This document shows, piece after piece, positions 39,130-52,364 of a DNA stretch of 64,000 nucleotides. Numbering within the stretch: position 1 is the stretch's first letter; every line of letters starts with the position of its first letter. The notes beneath the pieces were generated by a model. The model searched no databases. It was given only the letters and a program-made list of their open reading frames with translations, and was not told the DNA's origin. A program made the translations under genes and the position numbers. This DNA comes from Felis catus (taxonomy: Eukaryota): contig NC_058368.1 of assembly GCF_018350175.1 (NCBI RefSeq), positions 140,246,001 to 140,310,000 of the forward strand. Direction: 5' to 3'.

Positions 39130-39915
39130 TGAATGGCAATACCAGATTCTGGTGAGCATGCAGAGACACTACATGTTTCATGCATTGCTGGTGGGAACGC
39201 AAAATAGTGCAGCCTCTCTGGAATATAGTTGGGCAGTTTCTTAACAACAACAACAACAACACTTAAACACACCTAACATATGACCCACAATTGCACTCCT
39301 AGGCATTTACCCCAGAGAAATGAACATTTATATCCACACAAAAACTTATATATAATTGCTCATAACACGTTTTTTTTTGTTTTTTGTTTTTTTTTTTTTT
39401 GGCAATAGCTCCAAACCAGAACAACCAAAATGTCCTAGATTACCACAGAATGCTGCTATTCAGCAACAAAAGGAACTTGATACAAGAGCTTGAATAGGGC
39501 TCAGGGGCATTTTGCTGAGTTAAAAATTAGCTAACCTCAAAAGGTATACGTACATAATGTTCTGGAAATGACAAATATCAAACTGGAGAAAAAGTTAACG
39601 GTTAGAAGGAGTGAGGAGAAGGGGAGCAGGGGTGATTACATAGGGTAGCCCCTGGGGGATCTTTGAGTTGATGGAATAGTGTTTGTCTTGATTGTGGAGG
39701 TGGTTATATAAATCCACACGTATGACAAAATGACATAGAACTACACACACACATGATCCCGCTGTCAGTTTCCTGCTTTTGATATTATCCTATACTTATG
39801 TGAGTTCTAAGCATTTCTAACCATTGAGGGAAATTGGGTGAAGAGTACACGGGATCTCTCTGTATTATCTTGCAATTTTCTGTAACCTCAGTTACTTCAA
39901 AAGAAAAAAGAAAAA
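39130..39915 (+). mobile_element. Old L1M (MC/MD-like) ORF2 end and 3' UTR
   Basis: cattgctggtgggaacgcaaaatagtgcagcc...catatgacccacaattgcactcctaggcatttacccagagaaatg. Confidence 0.8.
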
Positions 39916-40544
39916 CAAAATTAGTAATGCTTTTTTTTGAAAGGTGTTTATATATATCATCTTATTTATTACAGTAATTTTAGGAACAAAAGCAACAGTG
40001 TTATTCCCATTTGTTGAATGGTGAACCTGCTGCATAGAAAGTTTCTCATCTCCCAAAGTGACAAAGAAAGTGGAATATTAGAAATTAGAACCAGTCTTCT
40101 GATTCTCTCTTCTTCAAAATGTCCTCCAGACACAACAAACCTAAGAAATGTGCCCAAAGAGCAGAGGGTTGTTTGGAAGTCTTCTGATGGTCTCTACAGT
40201 GTGCGTATGCAGTCTAACCCTCACCTATCTGCATAATGCTGTCATAACCCCTTGGCAAGCTTTGAAAGACCTATGCCTCCAGCCTTTGCCATAAGAAAAA
40301 CCATTTGCACTCAGAATTCAGTCATCTAAAAACTACCTTACCGAAAATGTCATAAAAGACAGAAGAGGTTGTGCATCATGTGTCTCATAACCCACAACTT
40401 CATCAGTCTTTATCTGATATTTGTGTTTCTTTCAAAGACTGCATTAAGTCTTCTCTCTCCCCCTCCCCCACAGCATGCGACTTCAATAGCTTGTCTCCTT
40501 CCTCCAGGAATCCAACTGCCTTGCCCACCCCGTTTTCCTTGCCA

Positions 40545-40813
40545 AAATTTACTTTCTCACAGTTCTCAAGGTTGGGAAGTCCGAGATCAAGGTGGCAGCT
40601 GGTTTGGTTTCTGGTTGAGGGCTCTCTTCCTGGCCATCTTCTTGTTGTGTCATCAATGTGGCAGAGAGACAGAGATTTCTTTTTTCTTGTGTTCGATTGG
40701 AGATGAACCCTTATTACCTCAGTTACTTCCTAGAAACCTTTTCTCCAGATATGGTCACATTGGGCATTAGGGCTTTAATATATGAATTTGGGGACACAGT
40801 TCATTTCATAGCA
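40545..40813 (-). mobile_element. MLT1A-like LTR fragment
   Basis: tttctcacagttctcaaggttgggaagtccgagatcaaggtg...atatgaatttggggacacagttc. Confidence 0.75.
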
Positions 40814-43164
40814 CCATCCACTGTGGTTTTAGCAAACAGAGGACCTTCTGATCATCAGAAACATATCCTTACCCACTTACCCTTTGAAGGCATTGAAAGT
40901 TATGAATTTCCTCTAGAGTTTTTCTTGTTAGATACCTATTAGAAATTTAGCGCTGCAACACTGATCTCTTTTCTCTCTTAAATAAGATCTTATAATATCC
41001 TTATGGTTTCACAAGAACTCCCCATCTCATTTCCCTAAACATTTGAATGTTCTGAACTAGAGAAAATGCATGTGTGTGTGTATTTCCTTTAAAAGAACCG
41101 TTCCAAAAATACTCTTGCTGGGCTGAATTCATCATTAACCTAATTAGATCCTTTATCCAAGACTCACAATTAACACCATTACCAAGTCTTGATAACTAAT
41201 TGCAGTGCTTCTAAATTAACTTTCACCTGGAAGGACATAAAATGTTCCTTGTTTGAGCATGTGACCATTTCCTGGATTTCCATCAATAATATTGAACTGG
41301 CATAGAGGACAAGGGATATTTACAGTGTTGTGGAGAGAAGGAGAAGGCTTCCCCGATATCTTAGGGTACACGCTACAGAACCTGGACATAACTTATCTTC
41401 GTATGCATAGCGAGGTCCCCAAAAGGTATGTTCCCTCCCCTTGCCCAGATGGTTAAGATGAAAGGGTGTAGAGCTGCCCATCTGTTTTTTATAGGTGCAA
41501 TATTCTTTCATTTGTAAGAAGTAAACCAAACTTTAATCTTCACATCAGAGGCATTCATGCTGAATGACCTGGAAGTTCCTATTCTCTTATGGGCTGACTT
41601 AGTATCTACATTTTATATAGCTGTCTCTGTCAAAATTGAGCCTACATATGGTCTGAGTTGCTTTTAGAGGGTCCCAAGACAATCCCTGTTAAAGACCCAT
41701 GGTGTGGCATCTGTGGTCATTCAGCGCAACTGGACCACACTTAGGATACCTATATAATTCCATTAGATATGCACAATTAATGCCTAGAATGGAGACTTAG
41801 AAGCATAGATGGTTAAATAAGACAGAGTTTGAGGTTGAAAGCATAATGGGGGTATCTAATTATGCAACTGAGTGATTCTTAAAGGGTTTCTTCTCAGGTT
41901 TGGAAGGTGCTGCTTCTTTAGGAAGTGTCTGGTATTTTATGTAACATTGGAACATATCTGCACCTGAGGACCAATTGAATTATATTGTCCACTATTCTTC
42001 CTTCTCGTGCTCACTCTTCAGTGAGCTCTTTGGCTGTGCTGCCCGTCACAGTGTGCAATGTACAAGACAAACGGCGGTCATGAGGCTGGGGCAGGACACC
42101 CACAAAGAGGTTGGAAAACAGCCTGAGAACTGTGTGCCAGGAGATGGCAGTGGCCAAGCTCTAAATTTGGCAGAATTAAAGGAGGCAAAGTATGGCAATA
42201 GAAAACACCGTGGGCCAGAGCAGAGTGAGCTGGTTACCATAGGTCTGCATCAAATGAACTGTCCTGCTGACAAGAAGATGCTCTAGCGTGTTGTGTGATT
42301 TAGTCATAGTGAAAAGATGAGCTGTCTCAGCCATTTGCACATTCCCTCACCCAGTCTTCTAAACAACTGGAAGCATATCTTCATGAGGTGACTGGCTGGC
42401 AAGGGTTGGGAAATTGGTTGAAGGTCATGGAACCAATATATTTTTTCCTGTCTAAGTCTAAATTATCCCACAACGAAGTGGATCCTAGGATGTTGCCCTC
42501 ATTACTGTTAAACTAATAGATATTGGGCATTCATTTAAATTATTTGATGAGGTGTAGCACTATACTTTGGATGTAGCAACATTTTTGCGGGGCATCTACT
42601 CTGTGACTGGCCCTTAGCTTCTAGGCTAAGGTGGGAATATAAAGAAACATCTGGTTTGGGTAACAATGAAGACCCCCCAAATCAAGTGTGGCTTCTCATC
42701 ATTTTTGCTTCAGCCTACAGGTTCAAAGTGCCCCTTTCTGAAATACTGTGGCGGATTTGGCAGTTCAGCCTTGCTAGGGCCACTTTGAATTCCAACTGTT
42801 CTTTAACATACAAATATTACAAGTTAGTTGGAGGGAACACACCAGCCCCATGGGTTAGGCAGAGGGTTGGGGAAAACTCAGGCAAGAAGGGAGGCTGAGT
42901 CATGAAAAGTCAGAGTCCTGGTTTCATTTGACTTAACAGTTCAAGACTGAGGCGGCCAATAGTGACCAGGCAGGTAATGTGAATGGATGAAACAGACAAC
43001 AGAGGAAACTGAGGCAAATGAGAGCGTCCATGCTGTCTGTAAAGGCTGGCAGCCATTCAGCTGCAACAGATGTAGCCATGTAACTACTGAGGCCAGATCT
43101 GACTGACCAGGAGAAAGCGGAATTCTGGAGAGTGATATGAAGTATCTCCAATTTTTAATTACCA

Positions 43165-44280
43165 ATTTTTAAATTTATTTTTATAGAGGTATAATTTTCA
43201 TGTGTGGTACACCGAATAGTGCCCTCCAAAGATGTCCACACCCTAACCCTCAGAACCTGGGAATATAAGAGTTTACGTGGTAAAGGTGAATCAAGGTTGC
43301 AGATGGAAATAAGGTTGCTAATCAGCTGTCCTTCAAATAGGATGATTACCCTGCATTTTCCGGCAGGCCCTACCTAATCACAAGGGCCTTTGAAAGCAGA
43401 AGCTGGATTGGGGAAGAGAGCATCAGAGAAGTGGCAGCATGGGCAGTACTTGGTTTGATGTTATTTGCTTTAAAGATAGAGGAAGGGGGCCGTGAGCTAA
43501 GGAATGTGGGAGGCCTCAGGAAACTGGAAAAGGTAAGGAAACATATTCTCATCCAGAGTCTCTGTAGGAAAGGCAGGCCTGTGGACACTGCTTTTAGGGC
43601 AGTGAGATCCATTTTGGACTTCTGACCTGCAGGACTGTAAGATAATACGTTTGTGTGGCTTTTAAGCTGGTGAGTGTGTGGTAACTTTTTCCAGAACAGT
43701 AGCAAATGAATATAACATACAATGAAATAAGTCAATTTTAAGTGATGAGATTTGACAAAGGTACACAGTTAGGTAACGACCACCTTAATCAAAATACAAA
43801 AAACTTCCATCACCAAAAAGATCCCTTGTATCTTGCAGTGAATTTCCTCACACCATCCCTGGTCTCTGGTAAGCAATGATATGCTCTCTGTCTTTTGTAA
43901 AATTTCTTATAAGTGGAATTCATAGGGTTCATAATTTTTGTGTCTGAATTTGGTGGGCTTATTGCCTTTGAGAGTCTTCCTTGTAGTTGGGTGTTTTGGG
44001 GGTTCATTCCTTATTGTTACTGAGTAGTATCCCATGGTATGGATGGGTCACAGCTTGTTGATCTACTCACCAGGTGATGGACGTTTTGGTTGTTTACAGT
44101 TTGACTATTATGATTAATTACGTACATTTGGGTAAAGTCATTGTATGGTTGAAGTTTTCATTTCTCTTGGGTAAATATCCAAAGGGGGAATTGCTGGGGC
44201 CTTTTGGTCAGTGTATGTTTAACTTGCTGAGAAATTGCCAAGTTGTTTTCCTAACTGGATTTATCATAATCATGTAATCT
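43165..44280 (-). mobile_element. Old L1M 3' fragment interrupted by an MLT1 LTR
   Basis: Antisense L1 (ttactgagtagtatcccatggtatggatg...gggtaaatatccaaagggggaattgctggg); its 3' end resumes on the other side of the LTR. Confidence 0.75.
43203..43714 (+). mobile_element. MLT1D/E solo LTR
   Basis: tgtggtacaccgaatagtgccctccaaagatgtccac...ggttgcagatggaaataaggttgctaatcagctg...gacttctgacctgcaggactgtaagataata; full length, about 510 nt. Confidence 0.85.
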
Positions 44281-46282
44281 TTTCAAAAAATTTTCATAAC
44301 ACTGGATGGACCGAATAGAACATACTTGTAGCCCAGGTGCTAAATTTGGCACAGGATGTTCCAGGTTTAAGATAAAAGTAGCTAAACTGGCCCGGAGGAG
44401 AGAAGACCAGTAATCAGCTTTTGCTGCGGGAGAGATGGTCCTTTGCTGGGAGCCTGAGTGAGGGAAGGAGCTCATATTTAGGAGAAAGGCAGGTGGGGTT
44501 CCTGGTCATCGAGTACGTATGGGGCAGCTGTGCCCTTAAACCAAAGGGAATGGAGCTGTGCCTGGGAGGAAGAGTCCCAGTGACCAGGGAGAGCAAGAGC
44601 TTAGGTTGGACATGAACCGGTGGCCCCAGAAGGGCAGGGTCTGAGCACTGGCCTGCTGAAGGCAAAGCACCTCAAGGACCTTCTGAGAAGTAGTGAGAGG
44701 CAACGTGACAAGTGTCCTCATCCTACGTGAGAATTCCCATTGGTGGTTCATGAAGATTTTCAAAACATCATCTCATAACCCAGATGAAAGCCAAACTACA
44801 TGACAACCTGTTCTGCACAGGAGCTGGCCGGGTAGAAGACACCAGATAAGCAAGCAGCGGGGGCAGCTCCTCCTGTGACCTTCTTCTGTCTGCCATGGGT
44901 GGTTTGTGCCCGAGGATGCCCCAGGCCAGAGGTAAAGTCTCTTTCTTGCAGTGGACAGAGGGCAGAGGACCACTAGAGAAGAGAAAGGAAAGAAAGATTG
45001 TGGACAAGGGCATTTCCCCCCTTCTGACCCAGAGCTGATACCAGTAGAACCAAGTAGGAGGAACCATGAACCCGGGACCTCACTGGGGCCTCACACTCTC
45101 TTTGTGCCCCAGGCACAGCTCTGCCTTATTTTATGGCCATAATTTGCAGTATTTTCTTCACAGGTTCAGTAAAAAATAAATGTTTGTTAAGTATTCTATG
45201 AAACTTCTGGACTCTGAAGCCAGAGATCAAATCATCATCTTTATAATCTCCATGGCACTAAAACACAGTGCCTGATCCAGACCGGCTCACAATGAGTGCT
45301 TTGTTAAACTGAGTCACCAAATGACCTGGACACAGATGTTAGACCCCTCCACACATCCGATCCAACATAATAGCTCCCAGTTCTGATTAGTTTTATTAAA
45401 TAAGCTGGTGCTCTGAAGTTATTTTTTCCTTCATGAATGAACATTTTCAAGAAAGAGTTCCCAGCCTGGTGATAGTTGGGGCTGATGGGGCTTAAAGGGA
45501 AGGACCTGGTTGATTTCACCACGGTCCACTTGGCTCAAGTCTCTGCCTGAACAATGACTTAGAACAGCAGAATTGGAAGTAGCTCTCCATTGCCCGAGGT
45601 TTTGTCATTGCCGAGCGGCTGCTACATTACTGTAATTTAAAGTGGTTTTCAAGCTTCCGGGTTGTTTCTGTCCTCCCCAGTCTCTTCTTTTATCTTCTGG
45701 CCTGTGACTCACATTTGGATTCTAAAGCATTGTATCAGTGGCCTTTGCAGGCTGCTCAGGGGATCCAGACTGTTGCATTTATTTACAGTGTCAGGCATTC
45801 ATTAGGCACTGTGCCAGCAAGGAGATGTTCCCTGCAATTAACAATCCACTCTGGTCAAATCAGGTCCACTTGGGCATTTCCCAAAGAAAAGCCTGTCCAC
45901 ATGGTCATGGTTTGAAGAGCAGGGAGAGCCTGAGTGAAGAGAGGGCAGAAGATGGGCTACGCTGACCTGGGAGTCTGTGGCTTTCAGCAGAGGAAACCCA
46001 CAGTGGAGAGGCTTTGGAAAATGAGAAATTTGATTGTCACACTGAGGAAAGCTGTCTTGTTCTATGCTCCAGGAAGACTTGGCAGGAGAGTGGGAAGGAT
46101 GGAAAAATCCAGAACGGAGCAGCTAGAAAGTTTGGCTACAAAACTCTACAGTTGCCCTCTAAATTTCCCTGGTTTTACGTTAGAGGCTGAGATGGCTCTC
46201 CGGGGGAACAGGAGGAACTGAGGGTGGGAGAGGAGGGGAAACAGCCCCCACTCAGCTCCTTAGAAAATATTTGTGTCGGTAT

Positions 46283-46545
46283 CTCACTACCACTTCTTGA
46301 GCACTTACTATGTACTGTACGCTGTTGTGACCCCTGAACATATACTAATTCTTTAATTTTTACTGCTATCCTGTAAAGAGATACTAGTACTTTCTACATT
46401 TCATGGGTGAGGAAATGGAGACCCAGAGAAGTTAAGTGACTTGTGTAGTGTTGCCCAGCTAGTAAAGTGCAGGAATGGAGAGCCATGCAGCATGTCTCCA
46501 GACCCCACCCTGTCAATGGCTTCAAAGTATTGCTTCCCATTCTAC
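46283..46545 (-). mobile_element. MIR
   Basis: ttgagcacttactatgt...catttcatgggtgaggaaatggagacccagagaagttaagtgacttg. Confidence 0.8.
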
Positions 46546-47581
46546 CAGGCTGATACCTAAGAAGCCTCTTGGGCCCCCTCAATCCCATACCCCCTTGTCC
46601 ATCAAAGACTCTCCAAGTTCAGGGGGAATGTCCTTCCTCTTCATCCAGGATAGGTATTCCAAATGGGTGGGTGTCTTCTAGCCAGGAGAGCAGAGAAGTT
46701 TCTAGAACCTATATATGTGTAAATGGACTGACAAGAGAAGTCCCACTGATATCCGCCTTGCCTAACTTTCCCTCTATGTCTGCCCCCTATTTTGGTGAGA
46801 GAAGTCAATTCAGTCATTCAGAGGTCTCTGTACCCCATCCAACTTGGAAGAACTATGTGTTGCTTCAGAGCCCGAGAATCTCCTCTGGACAGATGAGGTT
46901 TGCTCCTAGCTTCCTTCCTTCCTTACAACTTGACAACTGGGAATGGATAGGAAGGTAGTGCAATAGACAAAGACCAGCTGCTCCTTTCAGGCAATCAGCC
47001 AAGCTCTTGACCTCTTATTCCCATTTGGACTTGGGATCCAAGCCCTCCAGTAGCTTTAGTTACTAGGAGCCATGCCAGATGACCCTCGTCCCTTCGAGAT
47101 TGTTTCCCACCTGCACACTTAACTGCATACAAGTCCTTTCCTCAATTCTGAGCTTCTAAGTTCTAAAACTAATGAGTAATTCGCCCCGACATTTTCCTGT
47201 TAAGAGAGGATGAAATGATGCCCACTAAATGAGAGAAGATATATGTTGAGTAGTGATGCATGTGCAAAGTGCCCATATTTCCGTGGGGTTCAAATGGCAG
47301 GAGACATAACCCTCATTCCACTTCAAAGCCATGCTGAGGGAAAACAGCCCCCATTCAGCTCCTGAGAAAACATTCACATCCATATCTTCACTACCATTAA
47401 TTGAGCGCTTCTTATGTACCAGTGGGGCCTCAATGATTAAAAGCTGAAAGCAAGGGGGAAGATGAGGTTAGGGACAGGAGGGCCTTGAACTGGGAGTCTT
47501 TTAACCTACAGAGGGAAGCATACACTTGTGTAGTCATTCTGGAGAGCAATCAGATGATGCTTATCAAAATGTGTAAATACA

Positions 47582-47815
47582 GGGGCGCCTGGGTGGCTCA
47601 GTCGGTTGAGCGGCCGACTTCAGCTCAGGTCATGATCTTGGGGTCTGTGAGTTCGAGCCCCACGTCGGGCTCTATGCTGAGAGCCTGGAGCCTGTTTCAG
47701 ATTCTGTGTCTCCCTCTCTCTGACCCTCCCTTGTTCATGCTCTGTCTCTCCCTGTCTCAAAAATAAATAAAAAAGTTAAAAAAAATTAAAAAATAAAAAA
47801 AATAAAAATAAAAAT
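47582..47815 (+). mobile_element. Can-SINE
   Basis: TSD aaaatgtgtaaataca / aaaatgtgtaaatata. Confidence 0.94.
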
Positions 47816-48177
47816 AAAATGTGTAAATATATACATTCTAACCTCACACACTCTGTCCCTGGTATATACCCAGAAGAATGCATACATACATACATACATA
47901 GGGGGCCATACCTAAAGATGTTCACAGCAATGCTGTTTTGTGAAAGGAATTAGTTGGGACAATCTGCCCATCCGTCACTAGGGGAATAGGTATGCAAAAG
48001 GTGGTAGAATACTTTTCATCAATTAGAAACAGCAATGGCAACGTGATAGGTCATAAAAACCATGTGGAGTAAAAAGTAAAGACCCTAGCATGTTGCCATT
48101 TTGTAAGTCAAGAGGCGTCCTACTTATATTTCAAGCGTTTTATTCAAATCTGAGTCAATAGTTAAAACACATTGGCT

Positions 48178-49336
48178 ATATCTTTTTGAATTAGTGTTTT
48201 TAAGGTTTGTCTGCTTGTTTGTTTTGCAAATACCCAGTAGTGGAATTACTGGATCATTTAGTATATTTATTTTTAATTTATTAAGGAGCCTCCATATTGT
48301 TTTTTTACAGTGGATGTACCATTTACATTAACGGATAAAGAAGATAAAATGTATGTACGAATGTGTGTGTATATACATATATATACACACACACACAATT
48401 CAATATTACTCAGCAGTAGAAAAGAAAGAATGATATCTTGCTATTTGGGACAATGTGGATGGATCTAGAGGCTATTATGCTTAGTGAAATAAGTCAGACA
48501 GAGAAGGATAGACCCCATATGATTTCACTGATGTGTGGAATATAAAAAACAAAACAAATGAACAAACAAAAATGGAAACAGACTCAAATACAGAGAACAA
48601 ACTGGTGGTTGCCAGAGGGAAAGGGGGTGGGGGGTGAGTGAATTAAGTGAAGGGTATTAACAGGCACAAACCTCCAGTTATAAAATAAGACACAGAGATG
48701 AAAAGTCCAGCATAGGGAATATAGTGAATAATACTGTAGTAACATTGTACAGTGTTGGATGGTAACCACACTCATTGTGGTGAGCATTGCATAATGTACA
48801 GAATCATCGAATGACTATGTTGTGCCCCTGGAGCTGATGTAGCATGGCATGTCACCTCTACTTTTTTTTTTAATTTTTATTTTATTTTTTTTATTGTTCA
48901 ATGTTTTTATTTATTTTTGAGACAGAGACAGAGCCTGAGCAGGGGAGGGGCAGAGAGAGAGGGAGACACAGAATCCAAAGCAGGCTCCAGGTTCTGAGCT
49001 GTCAGCACAGAGCCCGACACAGGGCTTGAACTCACAGACTATGAGATCATGACCTGAGCCAAAGTCAGACGCTTAACCAACTGAGCCACCCAGGTGTCCC
49101 TATTTATTATTTTTTTTTTTTTAAGAGAAACACAGAGTGCAAGCAAGGATGGGCAGAGAGAGAGGGAGAAAAAGTATCTGAAGCAGGCTGCAGGCTCCAA
49201 GCTGTCAGCACAGAGCCTGCTGCGAAGCTTGAACTCACAAACTGCAGGACCATGGCCTGAGCCAAAGTTGGATGCTTAACCGACTGAGCCACCCAGGTGC
49301 CCTGTCAACTCCACTTTAGTAATAACAATTTCTAAA
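48178..49336 (+). mobile_element. 5'-inverted L1 (antisense 48178-48329, sense from 48330) with two nested SINEs
   Basis: Antisense ORF2 piece joined to a sense 3' end; degenerate TSD aaaacacattggct (48164-48177) / aagccacagtggct (49337-49350). Confidence 0.75.
48865..49302 (-). mobile_element. Two tandem Can-SINEs (about 48865-49101 and 49102-49302)
   Basis: Outer TSD tgtcacctctacttt (48850-48864) / tgtcaactccacttt (49303-49317). Confidence 0.92.
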
Positions 49337-51407
49337 AAGCCACAGTGGCTCTGGGGGTGTTGGTGGGTCACGAAGATAGTGGGGAATGTTGATTAAAAGG
49401 GGGAAGAAAATATGGACATTATTTGTGCAGTGCTGTTGATCGTGTGGTGGTTGGAGGGTAATTAATTAATTCAACCCCCTACACCTAAGGTTGAAAAGAA
49501 AATGTGAAGAGCTTTATCGGCATTTGCTTTAATTTATTTACTAAATATTTTCTGAGCAGAGCTCAGATATGCAAAGAGCAGAGCTAAATTAGTACAGAGA
49601 GTCCTGGAATAAGAATCAGATGACATCTTTTCTTAACTCCCATGCCTCCGGTCCTCCAGGCCGCAGGCCCTAACACACGTGCACTGGAAAACATGTACTT
49701 CCGTCTTCCTTCCAACATAACATTCTGAGGTCCTGTGGCAAGTAATTTGTGAAGGCCGGGGAATGGGTAAGGAGGTCTCCGAGGGAAGTTTCTGTCCAGT
49801 GCAGGAATCTGCAGGGTTATTAGCACCTGTGACTTTAGCCAGACCTATTGCCCAGGTCCCAAAACACCTGCCTTCAGTTCAGCTGTTTGCCTGCAGGCCT
49901 GCAAAGACAAACGTGTTAATGTGGTAGTGCTGTTGCAGCTAGGGCTGATCTTCTTCTGGTCTTGAGAAGTTCACAGCAGTGAAACTGCATTAATTCACAA
50001 TACGCAGGGACAAGTTCTATTAGGAAGGCTTCTGTATGCATAATTCTTCTACAGAAATGCTGTTTTGTTTAAAGTGTTGTGCGTTGTTATAAGCCGAGAT
50101 GTAAATGGGGCAGTTTGATTTGTATGACAGTAACAAGTTAGTAAATGCTTAAATTGAATGGAGCTAGTAATTTAGAAGCACCTACCCTATGTTTCTAGAA
50201 CTAGTAATTCAATGTGTGTCCTTTTTGCCACCCACAAACTTAAGTGTATGTATCAAAAATTGACAGTGACATAGTCCTCTATTATACCAGTCTATACATG
50301 GTTCTGAAGAAAATCGTTGCAATTTTAAAGCACAATTCCAAATAACTTACCCATTTTATCAAACCTAGTCGAGCATATTCAAGGTTTGCCTGCAGTGGCC
50401 TTCTATAAAAGGTACAGTCCATTTTCAGAGGAAAACTAATTTGGGGTTTTTAACTCAAAGAATCAAACGCTTTGTGTCTGTGGTGCTTTGATTTCCAAAC
50501 GGGGGGGATCCGAAGAGACAAGTTTGTAATGATCCGTCCTCCGCTTCCTCAGTAAGGCAGTGGTTTGGGCAGCAAGTAGCAACCTCATTTCAGGCTTCTG
50601 TTTTCATGGGTTGCCCCCAGCGTCGCTGCCACTCTGTGAGAGCATTATAAATCAGTTTCATTTGAGGGAAAAGGTTATTGATTTGCTCATTTTTTTCTCT
50701 TCTCCCTCTGGTTCAGACTTTAGTAGGAAATTGAAGCTTCCTTTATGCAGTATATTATAGCCAATCAAAAGGGCGCCCTGTGCTTACTTGATTTGTAATG
50801 AAAGGTGATACGGGCGAGTGATTTCACCCTGCTCATCCTGCAGTAGCTGTAATCAGGAGCTGGAAGCTGGAGCAGCTACACGTGCTGGCCAGACTTGCTC
50901 GGAATTATATTGCGTTTCCTAAGACTGAGTTGTTAGAGCAGTTTCGATGGAAGAACTAACATAGGTAAATGGCAAGACATTCATTTTTCATTTTTCACTT
51001 TGCTTTCAAAGCCAGCTAACATTCTAATTTTCCTGTGGTTTATTAATTTGGCCTTTCAGGATCAAATCACCTAAATGAGATTTAACTTAAGTGATATTCT
51101 TCCACCAAAGGGTCAGAAAAACAAGACAAAGGGAGATTTATCTAAGGAGAAAGGGCCAAAAAAAAAAAAAAAAAAGAAAATGGTAATAAGACATTTTGTG
51201 ATACTTTAAGAGACACAAAGTCAAGGAATAAATGGATATTCTTACGAAAATACAGAGATGCTATGAAATGTTTTGGCAAGGCAAACAAGGCTTTGGTAGA
51301 TTTTTTTTTTCCTGTTAAATTACAGATTTCCCTAAGACATGATATACGTATTTGGTAAAGGAAAACACAGCAAAGCGTTCTGTGTATAGTACTGAGAGAA
51401 AACATTT

Positions 51408-51588
51408 TTTGAAATAGGAGGTAGCGTGCAAGCCGGGGAGAGGCAGAGGGAGGGAGAGAGAGAATCCCAAGCAGGCTCCACGCTAAGTGCAGAGCCCAAC
51501 TCAGGGCTCAATCTTAAGACGCTGGGATCATGACCTGAAGTGAAATGAAGAGTGGGACACTCAATAGACTGAGCCACCCAGGTGCCCC
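51408..51588 (-). mobile_element. Can-SINE
   Basis: TSD gagagaaaacattt / gagagaagacattt. Confidence 0.9.
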
Positions 51589-52364
51589 GAGAGAAGACAT
51601 TTCCAAGTTGGGACAATTGTAATATGTTAGACATGTATTGAAGGAAAGATAGAAATTAAAAAGAAAAATAGTAAAAATCCAATCAGTGTAAAATCTTACA
51701 TACAAACAGTACTACAATGCAACTGTTGGCAACATGGCAGAAACTCAGGACATAAAATCTTGTCTTTGAAGTGTATTGTGGATGCTTATACTGGATATCT
51801 CAAGCTATCAAATTTCACATGGAATTTGCTTTGTATAAAAGATAAACAATAAAATATCAGCTGACCCATTTTCAAATCCAGAGAAAACCATCATTTTACA
51901 AATTCACATTTGTTTCTTTTGTACTTAGCTTACACATACATTTAGTATATTTCATTAATTGTGTCGGCTCTAGATCATTCCTCTGGCATCTAATTTGACG
52001 AATATGGAGAAGAAACAGTGGGTGATGTGAGCTATCTCTTGCAGCCCCATCCTATACAAAATTAAAGGATTCGTGTATTTTAAAAGACAGAAAGATTTTA
52101 ATCTAGAAATGGTATACTGCAGAGTTGAGCGGTGAGACCCATGTTTTCCTGCAGAGAAACAAATCCCTTGTCTCAGCTGAGCTGTTTTTCCTCTAGGATG
52201 AAATGGATCACTTCTGTGTAGCAGATGTTCCGCTCACCATGTCAGCAAGCAGGCCTAAAGATGTTTAATATAACACCTGGTAATCCAACAAACAGGTGAT
52301 CGGGCACTATGGATAGCACACAAAAGTTACTTCTGAGCTTCAGAATACATTTTCTTTTTTAGAT

